Shown piece by piece: positions 12,201 through 25,967 of a DNA stretch of 64,000 nucleotides. The stretch covers positions 3,410,001 to 3,474,000 of the forward strand of contig CM030338.1 of NCBI GenBank assembly GCA_017654855.1. The letters are read 5' to 3'. A program made the translations under genes and the position numbers. The notes below the pieces were generated by a model. The model searched no databases. It was not told where the DNA came from and worked only from the letters and a program-made list of their open reading frames with translations. Every line of letters starts with the position of its first letter. Within the stretch, counting starts at the first letter, position 1. The stretch is from Podospora anserina (taxonomy: Eukaryota).

Positions 12201-14089
12201 GCGATTGATCGCCAAAACACTGTCATCAACCGTCTTGTGTGTTTTCTTTGCCGGCTTGCCGAAAATAACTGTCGGGACACTTCTTCGCCGTCGATCGCGT
12301 TCCCTATTCGCGAGCAGCTTCAGTTGCGGCGCTGAGAGGTTCTTTTCCGAATCATTGTCTGCCTCCTCGGGGACCCGGGGTTCGGTGGCCTGGGGCGCTG
12401 GAGGCTCAATGGTAATGGTTGGAACTTCCCTGGCTGGGGTTGCCCGTTGTTGTGTGACAGCGACGTTTTCGTCCTTCGAAACCCCTACAGGTGTTGGCGT
12501 GGAGCTTGAAACCGGGGTAGGTGTAGCCTTGGTGACTGCTTCGAGAGCTGAGGGCCGCTGTGGGACTTCTGTCGGTTGTGTTGGAACAGAAACATCCAAG
12601 TCCATCGGCGCAACTGAGCTAGCTTCCCGCCTTTCGCTCACAGGTCCCGGAGTGGGTGATAGTCCATTCGCAAGAGGTGGTGTGCTCTGCATCGCAGTTT
12701 GCCCAACAACTTGAGCCGCATTTTGAACAGGTTTCGCTAATGCTTCGGCGGAAGATTTGCCGGCGGAACGGGCCTCTGCAGGGCTCAGGGCTTTATCTTC
12801 TGGCTCCTGAGGTGACGCTGAGCTACCCTCATGTGCAAGCTGTGCTGCAGCAGACTCCTGAAGAAGCTGGGCCTCAACACCACTCATTACTGCCGAATTC
12901 GACTCGTCCAACAAAGTTGCATCTGCCGTAGGATTGCTTGCGTTCCGTTCGCCTCCCGTATCTCCTGCTGTAACATCCTCTGGAGCCTTGACGCCATTCG
13001 TCTCGTCTGCTCTTTCCACATACGGTGGTCCTTCATTCTCGGGACTCGTGTTTGCCGAATCTGCCACAGCAGGAGTTTGTGCCGACAAGGCGGTGGAGCC
13101 AGGAGAGGATAGAGCATCTTGGTACCGTGACGAGTCTGCCGTTGCTGGGGCTGAACCTGAGTCTTTCGGGCTCGCAACACTGTCGACATCCATCGATCTG
13201 GGGGCATGTTCGAGAGGGACAGCATTCGTGGTGATGCGAGGTTTCGCTGACGCTGGCGCTGATGGATGACCAGGCTGCGCCAGAGAGGGTGTGATGATGG
13301 TACCATTCGTGGCGATATGGTTGCTTGTCGCGGTGGTTAGCGGTAAGGAGGACGATGCCTTCTCATGTAGGTCAGTATGTAAGCCATTCTGTCCAAGCGA
13401 TCCTGCTTTCGAATTATCGGGCGCGGCCAGGGGTAACGGAGTCGAGGTTGTCGTCGTTGTCGAAGACTGTGGTAGGACCTGTTGGTCCTGCACCGTCAAC
13501 GAAGACTTCGGGGTGCTGAGTTGAGCATCATTCGCTACGTGGGCGGCAGGCTCATTGGTCCAGGCATCCTTGATGGAAGAATGGGGCACATTCTCAATAG
13601 TTGCAGGTTGGGAGTGAGCTGGAAGAGTTCGTGCATCGAATAGGACTTTGCGGCGCGGGAACTTGGCGAGCTTTCCCAGTCGTCGGCCTCTATAAGTTCA
13701 CCAGGTTAGAACAAGAGCCAGAGTGACGCGACGGCACGGTGTCACGTCGCTGAGGACATAAAACAGCCTAGAGTTGCAGATATGAGATGGTACGTACTGA
13801 GTGAAGTCAGTGTCAATCAAGAAAGATGTTTCGGCTGGTGCTGTCGGGGCCGCGTCGAGGTTGCTGAGGTCCAGGTTCGGAATGCCATCTTCGTCGGTTG
13901 CAACAGCATATAGTTCGCGCAGCTTGCGCTTCCGCGACTGCACAATTGAGCTACACCAGGTTAATACCAACTTTTGCATATCAAAATGATCGGAAAATTG
14001 AGCTCTATCGAATGCACCGCTACTTACCTCAAACCCTCCCGTTTTGATCGCAGCAGCTTCGCGCGGTCGGCGGGACCGACCTCAGTCAT
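9225..14089 (-). CDS. EAF1: NuA4 complex scaffold Eaf1/Vid21 (HSA and SANT/Myb domains, Q-rich C-terminus). Exons 14089..14028, 13950..13798, 13689..10566, 10505..9225
   Basis: HSA region (KWSLRQP...LLQEMKWMRTDFREERKWK) and Myb-like region (WTFAEDNQLKSLALEYNYNWSLIS...RRTPWECFERW). The N-terminal exons read MTEVGPADRAKLLRSKRE / SIVQSRKRKLRELY. Canonical introns at 13951..14027, 13690..13797 and 10506..10565. Confidence 0.9.
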
Positions 14090-15251
14090 GTCATCAGCGA
14101 CCGCGACATCCGTTTTTAATCAAACGGATGTGATTATGGACTTGAGCGAATTGAGCAGACCCAAAATGAGCGATAAGAAATGATGGAAATCACGGGCGTT
14201 GCGACTTTCAACACTGCGTCGATTGATTGAAATGGTCGCGAGGCAGAGGGTAAAATCTCTGTCGTGCCAGTTTGGGGGGCTATCAGATAATCCAGAGTCA
14301 AGAATGGGAATCGGGCAGCGGCTGGCGGGAATGATGCAGTAAGGGAATCGAAAAATGTTAAGCCGAGATGCATCAGCGCCTGAAGAAAGCTTGAACTCGC
14401 CGTTTGGAGAGGTGCTGACGACAGCTACTGGGGCTGCATTATAGAGGGGAAAAGGCCTGGAAAATCCACTAGATTGGGGCATCAACGCGGCAACAGCTTC
14501 TGAGTGAGTGAATAACACAGTGTGGATCCATCTTGCCACGGTAGCAAGGGTGTCTTGGCGAGAAAGGCACGTCTGCCACTCTGCAGGCGATGCCAAGGAA
14601 GGGGGGGCCGCGGCGGCTGAAAGAAACGCTGGAAGGGGATGAGAGAGTGAAGAGAGTATGAAGAACTGCTTCTTCCTGGAATAAGAATCCAGATGCTGCA
14701 GATAAAGAGGACTTGCTGAATATCCCGTCATGCTGTACCAGAGCCTCGAGCCTCGAGGGAGCCATGATCATGTCTGGCCGCCTTGCCACCAGCCTGCCTT
14801 GGAGGCTCATGAACGTCCCTGCTCAGGGCTATCGACGGCTGATCTCGGCAGGTTGGGATGGTGTCGATGTTGAAGCATGAGGTGTTGGAGGGCTGTAGTA
14901 ACGAAAACAGAAGAAAATCTGTGTCATGGGAAAAAGCAGCCGATCCGGTTGTGAAACCCAAAGTGTGGAGTGAGGAAAGTGTCAGCATCCTGAAGCTTGT
15001 TGGATGACATTCATGGATGTCTTTGCGGATAATAGGCTTTCTAAGCCATTCTGCCTGACCGATCAGGCATAAAGTACTACACGATGCCGCCCTCGGCACA
15101 GTCCCAATAGCAACCCTTACACATTGGCATTTGTAGGACCCACTTAAATGTTGGCGCATTTGTGCTCTAGTACCTCGACATCATCCACCTCTTCTTGACT
15201 TCACATTCAACTTCCCAGTCACACAACCCCCTTGCCTTGCGCAACATCAAA

Positions 15252-16232
15252 ATGCCTTCACCACCTCCAAAGATTGCCATCTCTCTGGGAGGCAGCGGCA
15301 GCGGCTCTCAAATCAAAAAGCGCACCCGTCCCACCTTCGGCAAACGACACCGCGCCAGCGCAAATGACCAAAACTACGACGATTCCGACTCTGACAATTC
15401 CCAGAGCGACAATGGCCGCTCCGGCAGCAAGCGCAACGGTCGCGCCGAGACCATCCTGACCTATGGCGACGACGAGTTTACTTCTTCCTCATTCAGGTCT
15501 CGGAAGGACAGTCACAGGGGCAGCGACAGAGAAAGGGACAGTCGCAGAGACAGAGACGGCCACAGAGAAAGAGAAAGAGAAAGAGAAAGAGAAAGATCCA
15601 GAGACAGGGAAAGATCCTCTCACAACCGGCGGCGACGACGCTCCCCATCTTCCTCCCAAACCACCGACCAGCAAGACTCCAAAAAGCCCGTCCAGTGGGG
15701 CCTCACCATCAACCCCAAATCCACCACCTCCAGATCCTCCCCCCTCAAGAGAAGCCCCTCTCCGGATCAGGCTCCAAAGTCCCCCAAATCTCTCAATGAC
15801 GAAGCTCTCGAGTCCCTTCTTGGGGCATCATCTCAGCCCAAGAAGCGCAAGCTCAATCTCGAATCAGAAGACCCAGACCGCGAACCCCAAGCAGAGGACT
15901 ACGAGGCCGTGCCTATCGACGACTTTGGCGCGGCTTTGCTGCGCAACTTTGGCTGGAACGGCCAAATGCAGGGCAAGGTCAAAGAGGTGAAACGACATGC
16001 TGATCTCGCAGGCTTGGGCGCAAGAAACTTGAAAGCAGGCGAGGAGACGGGGACTTGGGACCCGAAGGCGGGAATGCACAAAAAGGATACGAGGCCGGTT
16101 CGTCTCAATGATTACCGCAAAGAAGAGGAAAAAAAGCGGCAGCGGCGTGAGGATCAACGCGGGCATAACAGTTACAGACGTGAGCTAGAGCGGGAAAGGG
16201 AGCAGGAACGTGAGCGAGGCCGAGACAGATGA
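15252..16232 (+). CDS. SPP2: Pre-mRNA splicing factor Spp2-like G-patch protein
   Basis: ATG at 15252, RS/RE-rich middle, and the Spp2/MOS2 G-patch motif DYEAVPIDDFGAALLRNFGW...GLGA. Transcribed divergently from EAF1. Confidence 0.8.
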   Translation: MPSPPPKIAISLGGSGSGSQIKKRTRPTFGKRHRASANDQNYDDSDSDNSQSDNGRSGSKRNGRAETILTYGDDEFTSSSFRSRKDSHRGSDRERDSRRDRDGHRERERERERERSRDRERSSHNRRRRRSPSSSQTTDQQDSKKPVQWGLTINPKSTTSRSSPLKRSPSPDQAPKSPKSLNDEALESLLGASSQPKKRKLNLESEDPDREPQAEDYEAVPIDDFGAALLRNFGWNGQMQGKVKEVKRHADLAGLGARNLKAGEETGTWDPKAGMHKKDTRPVRLNDYRKEEEKKRQRREDQRGHNSYRRELEREREQERERGRDR

Positions 16233-16591
16233 AAAAGAACAGGGGCAGTTCCCCGTGGGAACGTCTATAAAATATGTCTAGGTCGGACTTTTGGTCATGA
16301 TCCTCTTCCAAGTCCCAGGTCACTCATATCATCATCATAATGTATCTCGTTATTGTTTGTATGTCGTAGCTAATACATTCAGCAGGTACATGCTTCTACT
16401 GCGTGCTCTTTTGATCCCAGCTCCTCGGCTACATTTCGCCACACGAAAAGAAAAAAGGGTATACTAAATAACACAATCATCCTCAAATACCGAAACGGGC
16501 ATGTTAAACTTGGTCTCATTACAACAGCTTCGAGGTCCCCCGGGCGCTCTGCCCTCGCCGTCGCACCATGTCTCTTCTCTCACTGCACCAA

Positions 16592-18381
16592 TCATTGAGC
16601 CTTGCTCGAAACCGCATGTACTGAAAAAACACTATTCTGCGACGCGGTATTGGTCAACCGAGTGTTCTTCTCGCGATCTAGCTGCTCATATTGAGCAGCC
16701 GTGGCATTGTTGAACTGTCTTGCCGAAACACCGTGCTGGAACAAAATATCCAGAGAGCGAGCCGAGAGGCCGTTAGTCTCAGGGATGCGGAACCAAGTGT
16801 AGGTAGCACTAATGAGGCAAAGGACTGCGTAGACGAAGCCCGTCCGCGATCCGAGTCCCCAGCCGCCTTCACTAGGCGCGCTCAACATCTTGGGTGTCAA
16901 GAAGTGGTTGATCAAGTTGGATCCCAGGTATGCGCCGCGAGCTGCTGAGAGGGTGACAGCGCGGTAGCGAATAGACGGTATTTCAGATACAATTGAGTAG
17001 CAGATCGGGCCGACAGTAAGGTCGTACACCATGGTGTAGACGGTCAACACTCCACCAGCTGCCCATCCAGAGACGTTAGCTGGGGCGTAGGAAGCACCAC
17101 CGCATGCCACCAGGAGTAACGCCATCACAAGGAGGCCGTAGAAGTAAATGGATCGCCGACCCATGTACGCCATCAACCACCAGGAGGCCAGTGTTCCAAG
17201 CAGTCCTGCAGCGGGCAAAGCCATGTTGACAGACAAAGACTGGCTGGCGTCCAACCCGGAATTCTCGAAAAGCTTGGGACCCCATGCAATGATGCTGGAG
17301 CCGCACATGGCCTGGATAGTCCACGCAATGCAGGCGATCTCGGTTCTCCGGGCGTCAGAGCCTTTGAGCATGAGCTTGATTCTCTCCCACTTGCCAAGCT
17401 GGGCGATCTCAGCGTCCTTCATATGTTCCTGCTGAATGGTGTGCTGCATCAGGGCAAGCTTCTCTTCGGCCATGCTCGGATCTCCTTTGCGAACTAGCTT
17501 AACGATCGCCTGCCGGCCACGGGCTATCTCACCCTTTTGGATGTACCAGTATGGAGACTCGGGGGCTAACCAAATACCAATGGCGAGCAGGAATGTGAAG
17601 ATCCATTGAAGACCGAAAGGGATCCTGAAGGCCCATTCAGTGCGGAAAGCCACCGAGAAGCCCTTGATGGCTCCTGCTGACAGCAGCTGGCCAATAACCC
17701 AGCAAAGATTGTTCCACGTAGTCAAGATGGGACGAAGCTGAATAGTGGACACCTCGGAGGCGTAGGCAGGGCTGACGACCTGGAAGACACCCCATGGGAT
17801 ACCCTGGAGGAAGAACCCGACGCACAATATCATGATGTTGGGCGCGAAGAAAGGCATGGCGATGAGAGTGGCTGAGAAAATAAGCATCAGGAGTGTCGTC
17901 CACTTGTAACCGAACCATTTGGTACACGGCGTTGTAACAAAGATCCCGATGATGGAGCCAATCTGCGCCGTGAGCGGCAGAAGAACCTTCCAAATGTATT
18001 CAACCTAGAAATGAAACATCACATTAGTACACACCACATTGGCCAAACCACGGGGGCTTCTCCTAGGAAGCAAGCGACTCTTACCTCATATTTCCCATCG
18101 GCTGTTAGAACGCCGTACTTGCGGTTGAAGGGTTCCAGGGTAAAGAGGTATGTCATCAGGGCAAGACCGTAACCCTCCATTATGATGGTTCCGGAAAAGC
18201 CGATCGAATACATGATCAAGCGCCTGTCTGCCTTGAGGGCCTCGCCAAAAGTCATCTCTCTTTCACGCTGCTCAGCGGACTCGGCAAGCGTCACATTATA
18301 GAGCTCGACTTGGGCTGATTGTTCGGCATCATTGGCGTTTTTGGGCAAGCCACTCCCCAGCCCTGACTTTTGCTTGGACAT
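16592..18381 (-). CDS. MFS sugar porter, maltose/alpha-glucoside permease family. Exons 18381..18085 and 18004..16592
   Basis: Motifs IIMEGYG, GIPWGVFQ...AYASEV...LRPILT, FRIPFGLQW, PESP, RRTEIAC, VGPICYSIVSEIPS and PET. Intron 18005..18084 (GTAAGA...CTAAT...TAG). Confidence 0.9.
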
Positions 18382-21149
18382 GGTTGTCGATTGTGGTGTT
18401 GCTGTGGGTGTAGACGGTGACAAGTCGCAGGTTGTATGGTATTGGGGCTTTGAAGTGAGGACTCAGCGAAGATAAACGACAGACTGTTTGGTCGAGCGGT
18501 ACTGAGGTCAAAACTAGGAGCGGGAATAGGAGGGGAGATACAATAGGTAAACGGAGTTGAGGGGAGATAGAACTCAAAGTCAGAGACCGTCCTCTCAAGT
18601 TCTGGTGCTGATCAACCGCTGCGGGGGATTGGTTGATGATTCGACTGGGGGTGGCTGTTGGGGAAGGAGCGCGACTTCGTTCTTATACAAGGCCGGCGGC
18701 CGCAGCAGGGCAGATACGATGACGATGACGATTGGACAGGGCGGAGAAACGGAAGGTTCGAGGGTGTCCTGCTTGGATGACATGAGTGGCCATGTCATGA
18801 GGTGCCTGCCGTCTGGTTGAGTCCGGTCAAGCTTGAGACCGGTTTGCCCTTGGGGAACAGATGGCTCCTTCCTTGGGAGTCGCCCGGACGTGGGGTTAGG
18901 TTCTCGGTAACCTGGAACGGGGCCGAAAGGTTCTGCGCACCTGGGAGGCGGTTATTGGCTTCTGCTGAAGACTTCAGACGCGCCGTTGACACTGGCTAGG
19001 TAGTGGTGAAAGGGGCTCGGGGTCCAAGGAGGAGTCGGGTTCCTCCTTGGATTCCGCCTTTCTGATGACCGGGCCGAACCTTAGCCACTTAGCTCAGTGC
19101 TTCTTTCGACATCACACGACTCACGAGATACATCGTGAAGATCCCTGTCGATCCTCGTGGGAGCGCCTCTTCAACTTAATCCCCTCATTCCTGGCGCTAG
19201 CAACTGTTGGGCTAACTAAAACGGATGCTGAACCGGCCATGAGACTTATGGCCGATAGTTACCAGAACTGAGAATGGCCTCTATATTTTTAGTAACTACG
19301 AGTAGGAGTCTCAGCAGTGAGAGGTAGGTGTTTTACCGTGAAGTGGGCTATTAGTATGATGAAGATCCAACACTCTTGGGGCCGTAGTTGCTCTCCAGAG
19401 ATGCCAGGTATCCGGTGGACGTCAAGAGATGCCCAAGGGGTGGTGACTTTCATAGCAATGGATCATGCGTCACCGTTCCCGGCTTACGGGGTGTCTATCC
19501 CTCGACGCCTCTGAACTTAGTTTTCGTCTACTGCGGGTGGCTTTCTGCTAGGTACCATGGTCAGTTCCTTGGTGGCTTAAGTTACCAACTGCAAGGTGGT
19601 CAGGTGGTGTATTATCCTTTGCCGATTATTTCAAAGGCACGACAATCGCGGTGATACTGGGTAATGGCTTAGAAATATTCCATCTCGGCTCCATGCCGGC
19701 TCCTTGGTCGGACAACGGTCAGATAATGGGCTCAGAATTGTGCCAACCGACGCATTTCCGTCCTTTTCAATTTCACAGCTCCCTAAGGCCATGGCCGTTA
19801 TTATATTACCCAGTTACCACTACACGTTGAGAGTGTTTCTAGGTTTTGGAGCACCCTATAACACATGTATAATCCTGGATCATAGCTCACCTGTTTCCCG
19901 TGGGTCTATGGAGTAGCAGGTTTGAAGTATTACTTGAACCATAAGATTTGGTTAACATCTTGTAACGGGAATTTTGATCACTATCCAAGTCCCAACTCAA
20001 GCTTGCAAAAGAGACATTTCAGCTACATAAACACAAGACTGTCAACTTGGGACACGTCCAATTCTTAGTTACAGAGTGATCACTACGGTACCTGTTTTGA
20101 AACCCATCCAGGGTCGTCCAATATTGAGAGACATTCATGATTGGCTTCCAGATGCTGTTGACATAGATGCCTGCTACTGGATATGAGCAAGGAGGGCCCC
20201 AAACGGCTCAAGCAAGCTTTGATCCGAATGTTTGGCGGAACTTCTGTGCGATGTCAGTGTTGCTCTGCTTTCCCTTGCCCATCTAGTGGTGTATCACATG
20301 TGAAAGGCTATAAAGAAAACAGTTGATTGCACTTTTAATTGGCCAGGGCTGGCACGACATCCATTGGACATGTCAGCAAAGAGCTGATAGTCCATATCCA
20401 CCTGCTATAAACCATATACACACATAGACAGCTGTAGTCCATGGCACTTATAGCTCATGAATATGTAGTCTAACAGCACATAGTGAAAATCACTGCCGCG
20501 AACGTGTAAAGTTCCCAGATAGGCGCACGGCCTGTCCCAATTGGTGTTTCAGTGCATGCCTCCAAGATGGGATTGTTGAGATTGTTGAGCAGAAGCAGAT
20601 GACGTGGAGATTTTGATGCACCTCACCTCAACGGGGAACAGACCGCAAGACAGGGTGGTGGAAGCAACCTGGTCAAGGTGGTGGTGAATTTAAGAAACGG
20701 TTACCAAACCGGGGCCAAGAAGCTGAAAATGCTTGTTCGCTCTGGCCAGAGCTTTGGCCAACCAGGATGAAGGAGATGAGCTGGACAGGAGAGGGCTTGA
20801 TGCCAGGGGTGAAAACAGAACAGCTGCGGGCGAGATTGCTGAGATTTGTAGATTTGCTTGCCGTGCCAAGACACAGTGGGAACACCCCAGGAAACACCCC
20901 ACAGCGTCTGCCAGCTCGCTTCTCACCGCCAAAAGGTCCAGGGGACTGGGGTCTGGTGGACTGGGCACCTCCTTTCTCCTGGCCTGTCAAAAACTACAAA
21001 CCAAGCTGTGTGTTGTGGACAAAGCTCCCACAACTTCTCTCCCCCTCGAACTTCCTTCCTCCCTCCCTGCCCGCAGAACAGTCACCAGTCCACCCGTCCA
21101 ACTGCAAGCATTTGGACTCCGGACTGCAACTGTTGCAGCTGTTGCAAAC

Positions 21150-22965
21150 ATGTCGAAACCAGACGCTGCCAACGGCCATGGCACCGCCCTCAACTTTAAG
21201 TTCGTTGAGACGCCCAAGGCCGGTCCTTTCACCTTTGAGAAGTCGGAGGACTGTGGTGTCCGCACCACCTCGGTGAGTAGTTCTGGAGACCTGTTGGCCT
21301 GTTCATCCGATCCAATTGGCCCTCCAATTGGCTTGGGATGAACCCAATTCACAGCTATCTAACGTGTTCGTATCCGTCTCCAGTACCCGACCATCAAGAA
21401 TGCCCCTCTGCCCGCCGATGCCGCTGGCACAGATGCCTTCTCCAACGCCGCCCTCTTTTCTCTCCTGATCGGTGTCCCCTGGTACTTCTCATGGAAGGTT
21501 GGTGGCGGCCTGAAGACAACCATCTTCTTCGCCCTCATCACCTCCCTGCCCATCATCTCTGGTTTCTGGCTGGCCACCTCAACCCTTGCCCCCCGCAAGA
21601 ATGAGAAGGCCAAGTTCCCCGGCCGCCCTGTCGAGCACTACCTCACCTTCAAGAAGCCCGAGGATAAGGCCAAGTATGCTGGCAAGAACAAGATCCCCAT
21701 GGAGACCTTCCATGAGATGTACTTTGACGGCGAGGTTGACTTCAACGGTGACTGCCTTGAGGTTTTGGAGTACCGCCACGACTGGGCCAGCTTCCGCTTC
21801 ACTCTCAGCTTGGTCAAGTTCTTCTTCACTGGCATGATTCCCGAGGTCATTATGCACACTCGCTCTCAGGGTATGATTGCTACTATCGGCTTGGTCTTCA
21901 GACTTTCGCTAACATGCCCGACCTATCAGATGAGGAGCAGGTCCGAGACCACTACGACCGCGGTGATGACTTTTACGGCTGGTTCCTCGGCCCGCGTATG
22001 ATCTACACTTCTGGTATCATTGCCGACATCAACAAGGAGGAGTCTTTGGAGCAGCTCCAGGACAACAAGCTTGCTGTTGTTTGCGAAAAGATTGAGCTCA
22101 AGAAGGACGAGAAGCTTCTCGACATCGGCTGCGGCTGGGGCACTCTTGCCCGCTTCGCCAGTGTCAACTATGGCGCCAAGACCACCGGTATCACTCTCGG
22201 CCGCAACCAGACTGCTTGGGGCAACAAGGCTTTGCGCAATGCTGGCATTCCCGAGGACCAGAGCAAGATTCTGTGCATGGACTACCGTGATATCCCCGTC
22301 CCTGAGGGTGGCTACAGCAAGATTACCTGCTTGGAGATGGCCGAGCACGTTGGTGTCCGCCACTTCCACGGTTTCCTCAAGCAGGTTCACAACATGCTCG
22401 ACGACGATGGTATCTTCTTCTTGCAGATTGCTGGTCTCCGTAAGCACTGGCAGTTTGAGGATCTCATCTGGGGTCTTTTCATGAACAAGTACATCTTCCC
22501 CGGCGCCGATGCCTCTACCCCTCTCGGCTGGTTTGTTGACCGCTGCGAGGGCGCTGGCTTCGAGGTCAAGAGCGTTGATACCATTGGTGTTCACTACTCT
22601 GGTACTCTCTGGAGATGGTACAGGAACTGGATGGCCAACCAGGACAAGGTTGTTGCCAAGTACGGCAAGAGATGGTTCCGCGTAAGTTTATGACTACTCC
22701 TAGCTTCCCGAGTCTGAATGCATCTTGCTAACTTTTGAAATCCTAGATCTGGGAGTTCTTCCTTGCCTACTCTACCATCATCTCTCGCCAGGGTTCCGCC
22801 ACTTGCTACCAGATCGTTCTCCACAAGAACGACAACGGCTTCCACCGCATCGAGGGCACTCCTTCTCAGCTTGGTCTCCACGGCGCTCTGGCCAATACCA
22901 AGGCTGACCTGACCGCCTGGGCTGCTCGTGAGGCTTCCGAGTTTCCCCAGGTGCCTGCCAACTAA
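21150..22965 (+). CDS. Sphingolipid C9-methyltransferase (cyclopropane-fatty-acyl synthase family). Exons 21150..21272, 21384..21870, 21930..22681, 22747..22965
   Basis: SAM motif LLDIGCGWG, plus QVRDHYDRGDDFY, MIYTSG, ITCLEMAEHVG and YIFPG, with N-terminal transmembrane segments. Three canonical introns restore the frame. Confidence 0.9.
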
Positions 22966-23739
22966 GTCGGGTGTGTTGACGGGAGGTAATGACACATCAT
23001 GACTTTCTTTTTTTGCGGTAGCGATGCGATTAGCGATTGCATTTTCACGTTTCGTTGGTCACTCTTGGTCATCGGCTATCAAAAAGAAACAGGGTTATAT
23101 AGGGTTTTCCAAAAAGGAGGGGGGCGATAGGTGCGATCGTGTATGATGAAAAAGGGAGTTGATAATCATATAGGGATAGATCATGGGAAATACCCTGGTG
23201 GATGGGTTCAGGGGTTTAGGGCTGGCTGGTGTTTTGGATGCTGTATGTAGTATCCGTTGCTGCCGAACAGGTTTTAGACAAAATGGATATTATTACGGCA
23301 TAGTGTTGTTTTCTGGAGCTCGTGTGACGCATAAGAAGAGTCAGCTTTCAGGTGATGTTGACACCTTGCTCTCCTAAAAGACAAGAACTCCACACTGGTG
23401 TTTTGCCACTGATTTCACCACGTGTGGAAAAAGAGGGATGGATATCCTGGTTGAGCTGTGCTCGACTGATAAAGGATTCATATGCAATTGAGGGGATTCC
23501 AAAGACACACACGATATCGAAACTATGATATGAAGTTAAAGGGACTGTGGGGGTCCTGTGTGTTCATGTCGAGGGGGGAGCCTGTAGTAGGTAGCCTTTG
23601 CATTTCCACATAGTAGAGCAGACTTTCTGATTGTAGTAGTCCCTTCTCCACCAAGTAACTGGTATCATCATCAACCTAGGTATATACAAATATCTTACCA
23701 CTTTCCCCCCCTTTCCTTAACGGATAGGCAGGTTCCCCT

Positions 23740-24485
23740 TCACTCCTCAAACCCAATCGGCACCAACGCGGCAGCCACATCCCCCACCCCCCTCTCCGTC
23801 GCCAAAAGGTTGTACTGGCTCGCCGCGTTTCTCGTGTCTAACACCTCGACCCTCATGCCCATCTCGCTGATCGCCTGTCGCGTCTTTGGGCTGATGGGCC
23901 TGTTGTATTTACCCACTCCTAGGATCAGGAGATCTATCCCATTCAACCGTTAGCACCTCTCCCTTACTTTTTTCCAGTATGTCTGAGAGACGTACCAGGC
24001 CTAGGCCAAACAACACTCAACACCCCCAAACTCTCGGGGTCAATCTCCCACTGCCACTTGCTGTTGATCATCTTTTTTCTTGTTCCTTTCCCGTCTTTGG
24101 TAAGCCATGGTTTCCACTCAAACGCCTCCCCGCCTATGAGCAAGGCCCCGCTGCCGTTGGTGATTTGCACCCCAGAGTTGAGGGAGAAGCCGTCGTGGTG
24201 GCAGACGTCGATGGAGGTGGACGGGACGGGGGTGTTGCCTAGCACGTCAAGGCTGGAGAAGTCGGTAGTCGGGGAGGAGGTCGGGACTGGCTCGTTGTTG
24301 TGCGCTAGGGGGGCGCCGCCTTTGGAGAAGGTGCGGGAGGGGGAGGAGAAGAAGCAAGCGGCGGATATCCTGGGAGTTGTTGTGAAGGAACTGAGGAGGG
24401 ATCGTCTGGAGGTAGTGATGCGACGGAGAGTGGTGAACCTTCGCGCGGGGGGGGAAAGGGGTATGGAGGGTGAGAACGTCGCCAT
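23740..24485 (-). CDS. NDUFAF3/Mth938-domain complex I assembly factor. Exons 24485..23996 and 23933..23740
   Basis: Arg/Ser-rich mitochondrial presequence, then DVLGNTPVPSTSID and WPRP|DLLILGVG...VEVLDTRNAASQYNLLATER. Intron 23934..23995. Confidence 0.85.
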
Positions 24486-25173
24486 TGTGGTCTGTTAAAG
24501 TAAGTTTTATGACATGCGCATCGATTTGGAGCTGGCGCGGGGTAGTGGTGGTGCTGTTGTACGCTCTGCCGTTGGAGGTTGCAGAGACGTTTTGACTTGG
24601 AGGAGCTCTCCTCGATTGGAAATAATTTGGGCGGAGCTCGACGTCACTTGCAGGGGTCTTGAAAGCGTGGGTTGGGCAACACAGGAAAAGAAAGACAAGA
24701 CACTTTGGCGTTGGAGAAGACGGGAGACAGCTTGCAATCATTGAACATTTTCGATTCCTTTGCCATCTCCCAACGCCCTCTGTCCCGTTCTCCATGAAAG
24801 GCACAGATTAATCAGAAACCTCAAAAGACCCTCAAAGTCTCCTCATAACACCAAAAAAACATTGGGCGAACTTTGTGCTGAATTCCGTCTCGTCGTCTAG
24901 CGGCTCAGCAATGGGGCGCTGAGAACCTCCCGCAGCTATGGGGGAATCACGCAAATACCATATCCCACTACTCCCCATGAAAAAAGCAGCCTGAAGTCCA
25001 TTTCCATTTGCGAACCTCATTCCTGAGTCGAAAGCAGCCCTAACAACAGAGACAGCCAAAACCCGGGCTGTACGTGTACGGCATGCCGCCCTTTTCCCGT
25101 GAACACCGAAGCAATGAGACCATCAAACTAGCACCGTCCGCCCAGACCTGACCCGAGTAAAAGATTGTCGCAT

Positions 25174-25967
25174 TTATTTCTTCTTGTCGGCGGCGGTCTG
25201 CTCCTTCAGCACCTTCTTGACGATCTTCTGCTCCTCAATGAGGAAAGCACGGACGATACGGTCACGGACGCAGTTGCCGCATCTTGAGCCACCGTACGCG
25301 CGCTGGACGGTCTTCTTGGGCTTGGAGATCTGGGCATACTCCTTGGGGCGGAGGGCGGGGATCTGTAAATCAGTCCTGTCAGTATTTCGTCCGTCTTTGC
25401 TACGAGATCCCCTGCAACACAAACGAATCCGCCCTTAAATTCCCCTTCGTCGGTTTCGTGGGCTGTCGGCGGGCCTCGGGTGGTGTGTTGAAAAGCAAAC
25501 TGAGGTATGAAGTCGAAATGCAGCACAGGAGTTGCGTTTGTTGGAGATGCTCAAGTCGGGGTCAAATCGTTACGGGCGTCGTTCGTCATGCGAAGTTTGT
25601 ATCGAATAATTCAAAAGGTCGATGGAATCGTGGTTTGCCGCTCTACCCAATTTCCCTTTCTCGAACCATTCCTTTCCCCATTCGTGTAGCACTAAAGATT
25701 CGAACAAAACTTACACCAGGGAGTTTGATGCCGCAGTCGCCACACTTGGGGGCAGTGCCGCGCTTCTTGATGTGAAGAACACGGAGCTCACCACCGGGAG
25801 TCTTGACAACCCGCGTCCGGTTGGACGAGGTGTTGTAGCTGCAAAGAGAAGCTCGAGTCAGCCAAATTATTCTTCCCCGATTTCCAGGTCCACGGTCGGG
25901 ACAAGACGAATTGATTCGGGGCAACTCACGGGTTCCGGCGACGGTAGGTGACTCTGTTGTTGGCCAT
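25174..25967 (-). CDS. RPL34: 60S ribosomal protein L34 (eL34). Exons 25967..25930, 25838..25715, 25362..25174
   Basis: [29 protein letters not shown]...[20 protein letters not shown]...[27 protein letters not shown]. Introns 25839..25929 and 25363..25714. Confidence 0.97.

Noticed and set aside
16592..22965. MFS transporter plus methyltransferase as a possible secondary-metabolite cluster
   Set aside because: They are a sugar porter and a primary sphingolipid enzyme, with no backbone synthase or cluster regulator nearby.
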